64,000 nucleotides of DNA. It comes from Macrostomum lignano. Taxonomy: Eukaryota. Below the pieces are notes generated by a model. That model was not told the DNA's origin and did not search any database. It saw nothing but the letters and a program-made list of their open reading frames with translations. Where the stretch lies: the NCBI GenBank assembly GCA_002269645.1, contig NIVC01000745.1, forward strand, positions 62,001 through 126,000, given 5' to 3'. Positions within the stretch are counted from its first letter, which is position 1. Each line of letters starts with the position of its first letter. The translations under genes and the position numbers were made by a program. Shown here in pieces: positions 12,385-25,200 of this stretch.

Positions 12385-13218
12385 GCAGGGCGGAGCTATC
12401 CTGCACAGCGGGGTTGAGGGCGGGAGCCATCCTGCACAGCGGGGGTTCAGGGCGGGAGCCATCCTGCACAGCGGGGGTTCAGGGCGGGAGCCATCCTGCA
12501 CAGCGGGGGTTCAGGGCGGGAGCCATCCTGCACAGCGGGGTTGAGGGCGGGAGCCATCCTGCACAGCGGGGGTTGAGGGCGGGAGCCATCCTGCACAGCG
12601 GGGGTTCAGGGCGGGAGCCATCCTGCACAGCGGGGTTGAGGGCGGGAGCCATCCTGCACAGCGGGGTTGAGGGCGGGAGCCATCCTGCACAGCGGGGGTT
12701 GAGGGCGGGAGCCATCCTGCACAGCGGGTTTGAGGGCGGGAGCCATCCTGCACAGCGGGGGTTGAGGGCGGGAGCCATCCTGCACAGCGGGGGTTGAGGG
12801 CGGGAGCCATCCTGCACAGCGGGGGTTGAGGGCGGGAGCCATCCTGAACAGCAGGGGTTGAGGGCGGAGCCATCCTGCACAGCGGGATTTGAGGGCGGAG
12901 CCATCCTGCACAGCGGGGGTTGAGGGCTGGGTGAGGGAGGAGCCATCCTGCACAGCGGGGTTAAGGGGTGGGTGAGGGCTGAACCTGGCCGCACAATGAG
13001 GGTTGAGGGTTTGGGTGAGGGCTGAACCAGGCCGCACAATGAGGGTTAAGGATTTGGGTGAGGGCTGAACCAGGCCGCACAATGAGGGTTGAAGGTTTGT
13101 GTGAGGGCTGAACCAGGCCGCACAATGAGGATTTGGGTTTGGGTGAGGGCTGAACCAGGCCGCACAATGAGGATTTGGGTTTGGGTGAGGGCTGAACCAG
13201 GCCGCACAATGAGGGCTG
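12385..13218. repeat. Compound minisatellite: a 31-32-bp unit grading into a 36-42-bp unit
   Basis: GGGCGGGAGCCATCCTGCACAGCGGGGGTTGA up to about 12960, then GGGTGAGGGCTGAACCAGGCCGCACAATGAGG. Confidence 0.9.
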
Positions 13219-13784
13219 GGTCACGAATGCGGGCTCTCAGAAGAGCTGCCTGGGCCAACAGTTTGCAGTAGCCCGAGTCCACCGGCCGCCGTTTCATTTC
13301 GTAGATTGCTTTGAAGCAATGAAGCAATTTGAAGCAAGGAAATTGTCTCCCCGTCTGTCCGCTGAAGCTCGCCGCCTCTGGTGCAGGCAATTTAGCAGAG
13401 AGTGGCGCTGGTCCGACTGAATAATCACTTCCTGGAGGTGTCGCTGATGGATGGAGCTGTCGCGCTGGGCTTTCAAATTACGAGTGCCGATGGGGTGAGA
13501 AACCCAACGAAAAGAGACGCAAGTGGGCACTGCAAAAATAAAATGGAAAATTTGTCACTGTTGCTCAAGTCCCAGGCCAGCAGAGTATAATAAATCAATG
13601 TGCAGCGTCGCCACGGAACCCAAGGACCACTAGCAGTACATCAGAACGCTGCACTCCAAGATCGTGTTGTTTTTTGAGGCCGATTTTTGTCAAAAAATTC
13701 ACTGCAGAGATGGAAAAATCATTATTTTCATCACAAAATCCAACCAAATTGAATACTAAATACTCGGATGATGTTGCTGTGGGA

Positions 13785-14305
13785 CATCATCCGAGGCCAC
13801 ATCACCCGAGGCCACATCATCGGAGGCCACATCATCCGAGGCCACATCATCCGAGGCCACATCATCGGAGGCCACATCATCCGAGGCCACACCATCCGAG
13901 GCCACATCATCCGAGGCCACATCATCGGAGGCCACATCATCCGAGGCCACACCATCCGAGACCACATCATCCGAGGCCACATCATCGGAGGCCACATCAT
14001 CCGAGGCCACACCATCCGAGGCCACATCATCCGAGGCCACATCATCCGAGGCCACACCATCCGAGGCCACATCATCCGAGGCCACATCATCCGAGGCCAC
14101 ATCATCCGAGGCCACACCATCCGAGGCCACATCATCCGAGGCCACACCATCCGAGGCCACACCATCCGAGGCCACATCATCCGAGGCCACATCATCCGAG
14201 GCCACATCATCCGAGGCCACATCATCCGAGGCCACACCATCCGAGGCCACATCATCCGAGGCCACATCATCCGAGGCCACATCATCCGAGGCCACACCAT
14301 CCGAG
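13785..14305. repeat. 15-bp minisatellite
   Basis: About 34 copies of GAGGCCACATCATCC; source of the PHHPR, MMWPR and DVASD pseudo-ORFs. Confidence 0.95.
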
Positions 14306-15184
14306 ACCGCAACTCGGGGAGAACACCAGCCTGCATTGAAATTGCTCGATTTTTTAAGAGCAGAGAGCACTGTTTCTCCCGGGTGTATCCAGGATTTTTT
14401 ATTGAGGCGCCAGCAACAGAGTCATAGGCATCTGGGGCGCCAGTTCATATAAGCGGCGCTTTTTCCTTAGCGGCGCCATTCACTGAGGGGTGCCACAAAC
14501 TCTCTAGCGGTCTTTCTGCCCCGATCCCTCCACCAGCCGCGCCCCTGCATCTCTACCTGAGTAGAGCAGTGTCCGTGCATCGACCCGGGCAACCCAGGTG
14601 TTCCTGTTCGACCCGCCGCTTGCCTGACCGGCTCAGGCCTCGAGCTGCTAGGATTAGCCAGGCGACCAAGGCGGCCTGGCAGTTTTTCCCGCGGAAATCC
14701 GCCTGTCTGAAGGCTGCCTGCTTGTCGCGAATCCGCAGTCAGATTATATTGGCCCAAACCGAACTTTGCGGCCGGTCTCCAACACGCCCTCGCCAGCTGC
14801 AGGAGGGCCCCTCTAATCTCTGTCCCCCGGATTAATAAAATGCGACCGGCGTCAGGTTCTTGAATTCCCCCGGGGGGGGGGGGGAGGGGTGGCAACGTCT
14901 CGCCGGACTGGCAGCTTGGCAAACAGATGCGGACCGGGGCATCCAGTGGCAGCCCCTCCCCTGCCCTTCGTTCTTTTTCAATTCCGCCCGAAATTCTTGG
15001 CGCGCTCTCTTCTTTAACTGGCTCGGGTGTTTGGGTCGCGTGAGGACTCGCTGCGGCTGCGGCTGCTGCTGCTAGGGTTTTACGCGTAGTTCCGGGGTGT
15101 TACGAGACTCAATTTAAGCCCAACATCAAGGATGTCAATTTGAGTCTTTTCTGTAGTGTCAAAAGCCACCTTCGGGTGTTCTGT

Positions 15185-15795
15185 CCGGATAGGCGCCACT
15201 AGAGTTGTGTCAGGATAGGCGCTACTAGAGTCATGTCAGGATAGGCGCTACTAGAGTCATGTCAGGATAGGCGCTACTAGAGTCATGTCAGGATAGGCGC
15301 TACTAGAGTCATGTCAGGATAGGCGCTACTAGAGTCATGTCAGGATAGGCGCTACTAGAGTCATGTCAGGATAGGCGCTACTAGAGTCATGTCAGGATAG
15401 GCGCCACTAGAGTCATGTCAGGATAGGCGCCACTAGAGTCATGTCAGGATAGGCGCTACTAGAGTCATGTCAGGATAGGCGCCACTAGAGTCATGTCAGG
15501 ATAGGCGCTACTAGAGTCATGTCAGGATAGGCGCTACTAAAGTCATGTCAGGATAGGCACCACTAGAGTCATGTCAGGATAGGCGCTACTAGAGTCATGT
15601 CAGGATAGGCGCCATTAGAGTCATGTCAGGATAGGCACCACTAGAGTCATGTCAGGATAGGCGCTACTAAAGTCATGTCAGGATAGGCACCACTAGAATC
15701 ATGTCAGGATAGCCACCACTAGAGTCATGTCAGGATAGGCGCCACTAGAGTCATGTCAGGATAGGCGCCACTAGAATCCTGTCAGCATAGGCGCC
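15185..15795. repeat. 26-bp minisatellite
   Basis: About 23 copies of CAGGATAGGCGCTACTAGAGTCATGT. Confidence 0.95.
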
Positions 15796-16230
15796 GAGCA
15801 AGCACCAATCGAACCGAGCTCATGCTGGTTCCGAGTGCCACCATGCCGCGCCATGCGTGTCCCATCGCTGCTGCTGGCAGCAAGGGGAAAACCGATGAGG
15901 CTGATAGATAGGCAGACAGAGAGACGGAGGAGGCTGGAAGGCGCGCCGCCACTGGAGCGGAAAGCGCAGAGCTAACAAGGCTAGCGGGGCGGCCGCAGCG
16001 GAGACAACGGGAGACGGGGGGGATGTGAATGGCAGGCCGCCCCCGGGTGCCGCGGCTTTTTCAGCGGAGCAGCCGGACCGTGAAGTATATTGGGGGGAGA
16101 TTAGGCGGGGCTGCACAGTCTGTCTGAAGAAAAATGATGCAGCTGTGCTGCTGGAAGGCGGTATTGGCATACACGAGCCAAGCAAGTGCCTTGGGCAGCT
16201 GTGCGGTGACGCACTGCAGAACTGGAGGCG

Positions 16231-19200
16231 ATGTTTCACTGCCACTGCGGATCTGCCCGAATTCCTAAAGTTTGCAGCCAGTCTCTGGTCAGTCAAAGCT
16301 GTACAAGTTTCACAAATGTGGCTTATGATTATCAAATTTTACTTGTGAATGCCTTGAAATTCACCCGTCAGTTGGGAAGCACGAGAATTGACTGCCGAGA
16401 ATTTAGGTTAGAGTTTAGGTTTTAGGTTTAGGTTTGGGTTAGGATTAGGTGTAGCTTTGGGTTTGGGCTTAGGTAGGGTTGGGGTTAGGTTAGATTTGGG
16501 TTTGGGCTTAGGTTGGGTTGGGGTTAGGTGTAGCTTTGGGTTTGGGCTTAGGTTGGGTTGGGGTTAGGTGTAGCTTTGGGTTTGGGCTTAGGTAGGGTTG
16601 GGGCTAGGTGTAGATTTGGGTTTGGGCTTAGGTTGGGTTGGGGTTAGGTGTAGCTTTGGGTTTGGGCTTAGGTTGGGTTGGGGTTAGGTTAGATTTGGGT
16701 TTGGGCTTAGATTGGGTTGGGGTTAGGTGTAGCTTTGGGTTTGGGCTTAGGTTGGGTTGGGGTTAGGTGTAGCTTTGGGTTTGGGCTTAGGTAGGGTTGG
16801 GGCTAGGTGTAGATTTGGGTTTGGGCTTAGGTTGGGTTGGGGTTAGGTGTAGCTTTGGGTTTGGGCTTAGGTAGGGTTGGGGCTAGGTGTAGATTTGGGT
16901 TTGGGCTTAGGTTGGGTTGGGGTTAGGTGTAGCTTTGGGTTTGGGCTTAGATAGGGTTGGGGCTAGGTGTAGATTTGGGTTTGGGCTTAGGTTGGGTTGG
17001 GGTTAGGTGTAGCTTTGGGTTTGGGCTTAGGTTGGGTTGGGCTAGGTGTAGATTTGGGTTTGGGCTTAGGTTGGGTTGGGGCTAGGTGTAGCTTTGGGTT
17101 TGGGCTTAGGTTGGGTTGGGTTAGGTGTAGCTTTGGGTTTGGGCTTAGGTTGGGTTGGGTTAGGTGTAGCTTTGGGTTTGAGCTTAGGTTGGGTTGGGGT
17201 TAAGTGTAGCTTTGGGTTTGGGCTTAGGTTGGGTTGGGTTAGGTGTAGATTTGGGTTTGGGCTTAGGTTGGGTTGGGTTAGGTGTAGCTTAGGGTCTGGG
17301 CTTAGGTTGGGTTGGGGTTAGGTGTAGCTTTGGGTCTGGGCTTAGGTTGGGTTGGGTTAGGTGTAGCTTTGGGTTTGGGCTTAGGTTGGGTTGGGTTAGG
17401 TGTAGCTTTGGGTTTGGGCTTAGGTTGGGTTGGGATTAGGTGTAGCTTAGGGTCTGGGCTTAGGTTGGGTTGGGGTTAGGTGTAGCTTAGGGTCTGGGCT
17501 TAGGTTGGGTTGGGGTTAGGTGTAGCTTTGGGTCTGGGCTTAGGTTGGGTTGGGTTAGGTGTAGATTTGGGTTTGGGCTTAGGTTGGGTTGGGGTTAGGT
17601 GCAGATTTGGGTTTGGGCTTAGGTTGGGTTGAGGTTTGATTCGGCAGTCGGAATGCTTGGCATTTAAAAATCCTCACTCAACCTGGAAGATAATCACGTG
17701 AGCGCCATCGACTTTAATGAGTCAGAGGGGATTTAAATAATTCCTATGCAGGCCTCGGTTCCCTGACGAAATCCTGCAGCTTTAGACAGAAAATCTCAAA
17801 GCTTCATCTCAGCAGCAGAGGAGGCTGGATTGCATGCTCTGCCGACTTTGCTTGTCCCCTCCCTCATCACCAATCTGCTTTGGAAAATTTTCCTCATTTT
17901 TTATTGCCGAATTGGCATTTTCGTCTGAATGGTCAGGAAAAAATCTCAGGCTGAAATTCAGCTGCATATCAAAACCCTCATTCGCTATTTCAGCGCTGAT
18001 CAACGGGTCCATCGTTTGGATTCACAAGCCTTCCATTTTCTGCTGCTCGGCCAGAATCGATCCGATGTCCATGCCCTGCGAGCTGCAGCAGTTCCAGGTG
18101 GGTGTGGGATGTGTGAGCGGGCTGGCTGCAGGGTTGGGGTGGGTGTGGAACGGGCTGGCTGCGGAGTGGGGTGGGTGTGAAGTGGGGTGTGTGTGGAGCG
18201 GGGTGGCTGCGGAGTGGGGTGGGTGTGAAGTGGGGTGTGTGTGGAGCGGGGTGGCTGCGGAGTGGGGTGGGTGTGAAGTGGGGTGTGTGTGGAGCGGGGT
18301 GGCTGCGGAGTGGGGTGGGTGTGAAGTGGGGTGTGTGTGGAGCGGGGTGGCTGCGGAGTGGGGTGGGTGTGAAGTGGGGTGTGTGTGGAGCGGGGTGGCT
18401 GCGGAGTGGGGTGGGTGTGAAGTGGGGTGTGTGTGGAGCGGGGTGGCTGCGGAGTGGGGTGGGTGTGAAGTGGGGTGTGTGTTGAGCGGGGTGGCTGCAA
18501 AGTAGGGTGTGTGGAGTGGGGTGGCTGCAAAGTAGGGTGTGTGGAGTGGGGTGGCTGCAAAGTAGGGTGTGTGGAGTGGGGTGGCTGCAAAGTAGGGTGT
18601 GTGGAGTGGGGTGGCTGCAAAGTAGGGTGTGTGGAGTGGGGTGGCTGCAAAGTAGGGTGTGTGGAGTGGGGTGGCTGCGGAGTGGGGTGGGTGTGAAGTG
18701 GGGTGTGTTGAGCGGGGTGGCTGCGGAGTGGGGTGGGTGTGAAGTGGGGTGTGTGTGGAGCGGGGTGGCTGCAAAGTAGGGTGTGAGGAGTGGGGTGGAT
18801 GCGCATTGGGGTGGGTGCCGAGGGGGATGGGTGCGGAGTGGGGTGGGTGTAGAATAGGATAAGGGCTTCATCATCAACATCTAACTCCTGCGCCGCAGGT
18901 GTCTCACAGCGAATATTGCGAAGTTGTCGACCTGCTCCGGCGGGACCCGAAGGTGCGCTGCGCCACCCTGCTGTTCAACCGGGTGTTCCAGTACGGGCTG
19001 CTGATCTGCCTGAGCCTCCTGGTGTGGACAGCCGGCACCCTGGGCTGGCGGTACAGTAAGCGCACAGCCGGGATCCACTTTTATTGGCTTCGGCAGGTTT
19101 TCAGCTAAAAGCAATAAATTTTAGCTAATGAGGGGGGCCGGGCCAGAAAGGAGGCCGCGAATTCAGTTTAAAAAAAACTGGAAAATCAGGCTCCAAGTTT

Positions 19201-22200
19201 TATGGCTGCTGGATTTTTGATAATTTACAATGGGAACATCGCAGAGTTGCGCCTCCCGCTCGCGAGGGTCAGTAAAGTGCCTCCAGTCGCGAGAGTGGAA
19301 ATCCTCAGATCCCCACCCTCTCAGATACTCACCTTCCCAGATCCCCACCCTCCTAGATCCCCACCCTCTCAAATCCTCACCCTCCCAGATCCCCACCCTC
19401 CTAGATCCCCACCCTCTCAGATCCCCACCCTCCTAGATCCCCACCCTCCCAGATCCTCACCCTCCCAGATCCTCACCCTCCTAGATCCTCACCCTCCCAG
19501 ATCCTCACCCTCCCAGATCCCCACCCTCTCAGATCCCCACCCTCTCAGATCCCCACCCTCTCAGATCCCCACCCTCTCAGATCCCCACCCTCTCAGATCC
19601 CCACCCTCCAAGATCCTCAGCCTCTCAGATCCCCACCCTCTCAGATCCGAAGCTTCATCCCTACCAGGTCCCCAGACTTCATCCCTCCGATGTCTCGGCT
19701 CCCGCAGGCGGCCACCGCTCGGACCTGGGCATCGGGATGTTCTTCATGATCGCCTGGTTCTTCTTCATCGCCGGGCTGCTCACTTGGAAGCTGCTGAGAG
19801 CGCGGGTGAGTCGCGAGCTTTCAGATTTTCAATTATCCCTAATAGGGATTGCCAACAGTTTAACTCACCGACCAACTGACTCACCTATATGCTTGACCCA
19901 CTGATTGATTGACCCACAGACTGACTGACCCACAGACTGACTGACCCACAGACTAACTGACCCACAGACTGACTGACCCACAGACTGACTGACCCACAAA
20001 CTGACTGACCCACAGACTGACTGACCCACAGACTGACTGACCCACAGACTGACTGACCCACAGACTGACTGACCCACAGACTGAATGACCCACAGACTGA
20101 CTGACCCACAGACTGACTGACCCACAGACTGACTGACCCACAGACTGACTGACCCACAGACTGACTGACCCACAGACTGACTGACCCACAGACTGACTGA
20201 CCCACAGACTGACTGACCCACAGACTAACTGACCCACCGCCAGACAGACGCGCTGCCCTCTAGTCGCCTCAGACTATGCAATAAAGTTTAAAGGAAATTT
20301 TACAAATGAAAAATATCCTCCTCAAGCCTCGCGCCTCAGCCGTCAGTTTCAATTTTCCAGTCAGCGAGAGAACTAACAATAAAAATCAACAGTGTCAAAA
20401 ACATTTCTTATTGAGGTCTCGGGTCTGTGCGCCTCAGGCAGCGGAAACCCGCCTTTCATCCCCATGCTGTCTTCATCATTCAAGGCTCTGTAAGGCTAGA
20501 CGAAGATATTCTCGGCCGTCTCAATCAATTTTATCCCCAGCCAGAGTATCGCACAGCTGCGCCCCCAAATTAAAGCAGGGCTGAGAGCAGCTGATTCCAG
20601 CCGGTCTCTCCCGCCTGCAGATCTGCTTTTCGAATTCGATCGCCAAGATAACTCCTTTCTGAAATTGCCTTCAAAAACTCTTTTTTAACTGTTGCTCCAG
20701 TCATGAAGCATTTTCATTTCCGGACTGAAACCGGCCCATTCCATCACCCATTGCATCACCCATTCCATCACCCATTGCATCACCCATTCCATCACCCATT
20801 CCATCACCCATTGCATCACCCATTCCATCACCCATTCCATCACCCATTCCATCACCCATTCCATTACCCATTCCATCACCCATTGCATCACCCATTCCAT
20901 CACCCATTCCATCACCCATTGCATCACCCATTCCATCACCCATTCCATCACCCATTCCATCACCCATTCCATCACCCATTCCATCACCCATTCCATCACC
21001 CATTCCATTACCCATTCCATCACCCATTCCATCACCCATTCCATCACCCATTCCATCACCCATTCCATCACCCATTCCATCACCCATTCCATCACCCATT
21101 CCATCACCCATTCCATCACCCATTCCATCACCCATTCCATCACCCATTCCATCACCCATTCCATCACCCATTCCATCACCCATTCCATCACCCATTCCAT
21201 CACCCATTCCATCACCCGTTCCATCACCCATTCCATCACCCATTCCATCACCCATTCCATCACCCATTCCATCACCCATTCCATCACCCATTCCATCACC
21301 CATTCCATCACCCATTCCATCACCCATTCCATCACCCATTCCATCACCCATTCCATCACCCATTCCATCACCCATTCCATCACCCATTCCATTACCCATT
21401 CCATCACCCATTCCATCACCCATTCCATCACCCATTCCATTACCCATTCCATCACCCATTCCATCACCCATTCCATCACCCATTCCATCACCCATTCCAT
21501 CACCCATTCCATCACCCGTTCCATCACCCATTCCATCACCCATTCCATCACCCATTCCATCACCCATTCCATCACCCATTCCATCACCCATTCCATCACC
21601 CATTCCATCACCCATTCCATCACCCGTTCCATCACCCATTCCATCACCCATTCCATCACCCATTCCATCACCCATTCCATCACCCATTCCATCACCCATT
21701 CCATCACCCATTCCATCACCCATTCCATCACCCATTCCATCACCCATTCCATCACCCATTCCATTACCCATTCCATCACCCATTCCATCACCCATTCCAT
21801 CACCCATTCCATTACCCATTCCATCACCCATTCCATCACCCATTCCATCACCCATTCCATCACCCATTCCATCACCCATTCCATCACCCATTCCATTACC
21901 CATTCCATCACCCATTCCATCACCCATTCCATCACCCATTCCATCACCCATTCCATTACCCATTCCATCACCCATTCCATCACCCATTCCATCACCCATT
22001 CCATCACCCATTCCACTCATTGCAGATGTCCAGTCACTCCAGGCGGCTCAACGTTCACGTGAACAGGCTGTTGCTAAGGAGGAAAATCTTGCTTACTGTT
22101 CTTGACTACGAGTACCTCACCTGCTCTTGCGATATCCTCACCGTATCCTTTTGTGCGCTATGAGCGGATTTAGTCATTGAGATCTAATGATGAATATCTA

Positions 22201-25200
22201 ATTGTAGAAATGGTAATAATATAATTAGGGAGATCTAATCATAGAGAATCACGGAAAACTCATCATAGGGAATCGCATAGATCTAATCATAGAGAATCGC
22301 GGAGATCTAATCATAGAGAATCGCGGAGGTCTAATCATAGAGAATCGCATAGATCTAATCATAGAGAATCGCGGAGATCTAATCATAGAGAATTGCGGAG
22401 ATCTAATCATAGAGAATCGCGGAGATCTAATCATAGAGAATCGCGGAGATCTAATCATAGAGAATCACGGAAAACTCATCATAGGGAATCGCATAGATCT
22501 AATCATAGAGAATCGCGGAGATCAAATCATAGAGAATCGTGGAGGTCTAATCATAGAGAATCACATAGATCTAATCATAGAGAATCGCGGAGATCTAATC
22601 ATAGAGAATCGCGGAGATCTAATCATAGAGAATCGCGGAGATCTAATCATAGAGAATCACGGAAAACTCATCATAGGGAATCGCATAGATCTAATCATAG
22701 ATAATCGCGGAGATCAAATCATAGAGAATCGCGGAGGTCTAATCATAGAGAATCACATAGATCTAATCATAGAGAATCGCGGAGATCTAATCATAGAGAA
22801 TCGCATAGATCTAATCATAGAGAATCGCAGAGATCTAATCATAGAGAATCGCGGAGATCTAATCATAGAGAATCGCAGAGATCTAATCATAGAGAATCGC
22901 GGAGATCTAATCATAGAGAATCGCATAGATCTAATCATAGAGAATCGCAGAGATCTAATCACAGAGAATCGCGGAGTCCCAGCTCATCTCGCTACCAATC
23001 TCGGTTTCTGACTCCCCCAGATAACTCATCAGCACCTTCCCACGCCCGTGTTCAGCCCCAGCTTCCTGGCGCCACCCCCTCCGCTCTAATCCGCGCGCTC
23101 TTAAACGATTTCCCGGCGCCCAGAAAATTCCCCACAGCTGCTAAATGGAAAGTAGAAAAAGGGAGGCGAGAGGGGAAGCTGGTAGAGATTGATGGGGGAA
23201 GTGGCGAGAGAGTCGAGAAGGGTTGCTAAAAGGCTCGAGGTGCTCAGAGCCGGCTCAGCAGATGAGTGAAGGGCCTGCGTGCTGCCTCTGAGCATAATGG
23301 ACTGGTCAGGGAAAGTGCTCAGCTGGAGCCTCCGGGAGCTGCAGATCAGGTTGGCTGATTATGCGGTGGGGAAAACTAGCTCATAGTATGGGGAAGAAAT
23401 TCTACCACAAGGAATCAGATGATCCTAATGAAACCATTGCCACTGGTTTTCCTTGACAAGAAAAATTTAAAAAACCCGAAAAGGTGGCATTTCTCTACTT
23501 CGACCCGGAGCCCTGCTTGGTGAGCTTGCTTGGTCTGTGCGCTTAATTTTTTCCTGAGAATAATATTTTACCTGCAACAGAAATCCTAAAAAATGATCCC
23601 ATCCCTAAAATTCCTCGCCGGTCCAGTCCCACATGACGCGAATGTTCGACAAGCCCGAGCTGCTGTCCAAGGCGCGCTTCTCGAGGAAGGTGAGCTGGGA
23701 TCGCAGTTGGGATCGAATCCCCTTCGAGTCCAGCAGTTGGGATCGAATCCCCTTCGAGTCCAGCAGTTGGGATCGAATCCCCTTCGAGTCCAGCAGTTGG
23801 GATCGAATCCCCTTTCGAGTCCCGCAGTTGGGATCGCAGTTGGGATCGAATCCCCTTCGAGTCCAGCAGTTGGAATCGAATCCCTTTCGAGTCCAGCAGT
23901 TGGGATCGAATCCCCTTCGAGTCCCGCAGTTGGGATCGAATCCCCTTCGAGTCCCGCAGTTGGGATCGAATCCCCTTCGAGTCCAGCAGTTGAGATCGAA
24001 TCCCCTTTCGAGTCCCGCAGTTGGGATCGAATCCCCTTCGAGTCCAGCAGTTGGGATCGAATCCCCTTCGAGTCCCGCAGTTGGGATCGAATCCCCTTTC
24101 GAGTCCCGCAGTTGGGATCGAATCCCCTTCGAGTCCAGCAGTTGGGATCGAATCCCCTTTCGAGTCCCGCAGTTGGGATCGAATCCCCTTTCGAGTCCCG
24201 CAGTTGGGATCGAATCCCCTTCGAGTCCCGCAGTGTTCGCAGCCAGATCCCACTCCAGAGTCCCAATTCAGAATCGAACCCCGTCCGCAGCTCACGCGAA
24301 TAATCGATCAGATTCGTCGATCTGCGATGACCTCAAATGACCCCAGCGCGACGGCGCTGCTCGGTCCTGAGACGCAACAGCCGCCACAGCTGCCTCCGCC
24401 GACTCAGCAGCAGCAGGCGGCAGCTCGGGAATCGGCAGCTGCCGAAGATGCAGTCGGACTGCACCGACTCCCTGCGGCGCAGAAAAAGGTGAGAGACATA
24501 GGTGAGACAGAAGGGAGAGGGTGAGAGATAGGGCGAGGGAGAAGGGAGAGGGTGAGGGATAGGGCGAGGGAGAAGGGAGAGGGTGAGGGATGGGGTGAGA
24601 CGGAAGGGAGAGGGTAAGAGATAGAGTGAGACAGAAGGGAGAGGGTAAGAGATAGGGTTAGACAGAAGGGAGTGGGTGAGAGGTAGAGAGAGAGAGAAGA
24701 GAGGTCACGGCGTGTTTAAAAAAATAATTAATTTAGCATGGGCTACCGGTTTCGAGCCTCTGGGCTCTTCGTCAGGCCAAAAATCAGTGTTTCATGCAGT
24801 GCAAGTTGGTCTTTTAAGTATTAGTTTTCTCAGTCTAAAAAGTCGCTGAGCTGCTGTACATATGAGGGGTGTACATTTAAACTGGCTTCATTCTCGCTCT
24901 AACTTGTCCCTGAGGTATATTTAGTATATTAAAAAATTGTTTTTTCGAAGTACGATTAAATAAAATGCGGTATTGAGGGTGGGAGCATAAAAATCGATAT
25001 TTGCGCGTACAGTCAATCAGTTTGAATAAAATACACGACAAAGTGAATAAGTATTGTAGTTCTATAGGTAAAAAGAGCGCATTGGTTAAAACGATTCAGT
25101 GGTTTCCTGGCTGAGACTTTAACTTATTGGGAGCCAGGAGGCTCTGTAAATTTCGTTGCCGTGTAAATGCGGGCAGTATGCGGGAGCCTGGTTTATTTTG

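Noticed and set aside
12046-13494. Exon-like segments 12046-12335 (strong donor GTGAGT at 12336) and about 13397-13494 (LEVSLMDGAVALGFQITS, weakly PDZ-like)
   Set aside because: They may be real exons, but I could not join them in phase or recognise a family, so no gene is called.
20685-22163. ORFs of 440-490 aa (MEWV, MGDG, HPFH repeats) and the similar long ORFs at 13674, 18000, 23543, 29168, 31605, 43213, 45331, 49005 and 57505
   Set aside because: They are stop-free readings of short tandem repeats, open in several frames and on both strands, and they lie in introns or between genes.
22143-22163. Apparent premature stop in TMEM268-like exon 5 (VSFCAL*)
   Set aside because: A donor at 22143 joined to 23484 restores [15 protein letters not shown], matching the family motif, so this is not evidence of a pseudogene.
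23695-24235. CRISPR-like palindromic ~30-bp repeats (also the 26-bp array at 15185 and the 85-bp array at 28335)
   Set aside because: Units are head-to-tail with no unique spacers, there are no cas genes, and the context is eukaryotic intron.
24858-24880. TATGAGGGGTGTAC, resembling a mariner TIR start
   Set aside because: No inverted partner or transposase remnant is nearby; it lies within the Penelope 3' region.
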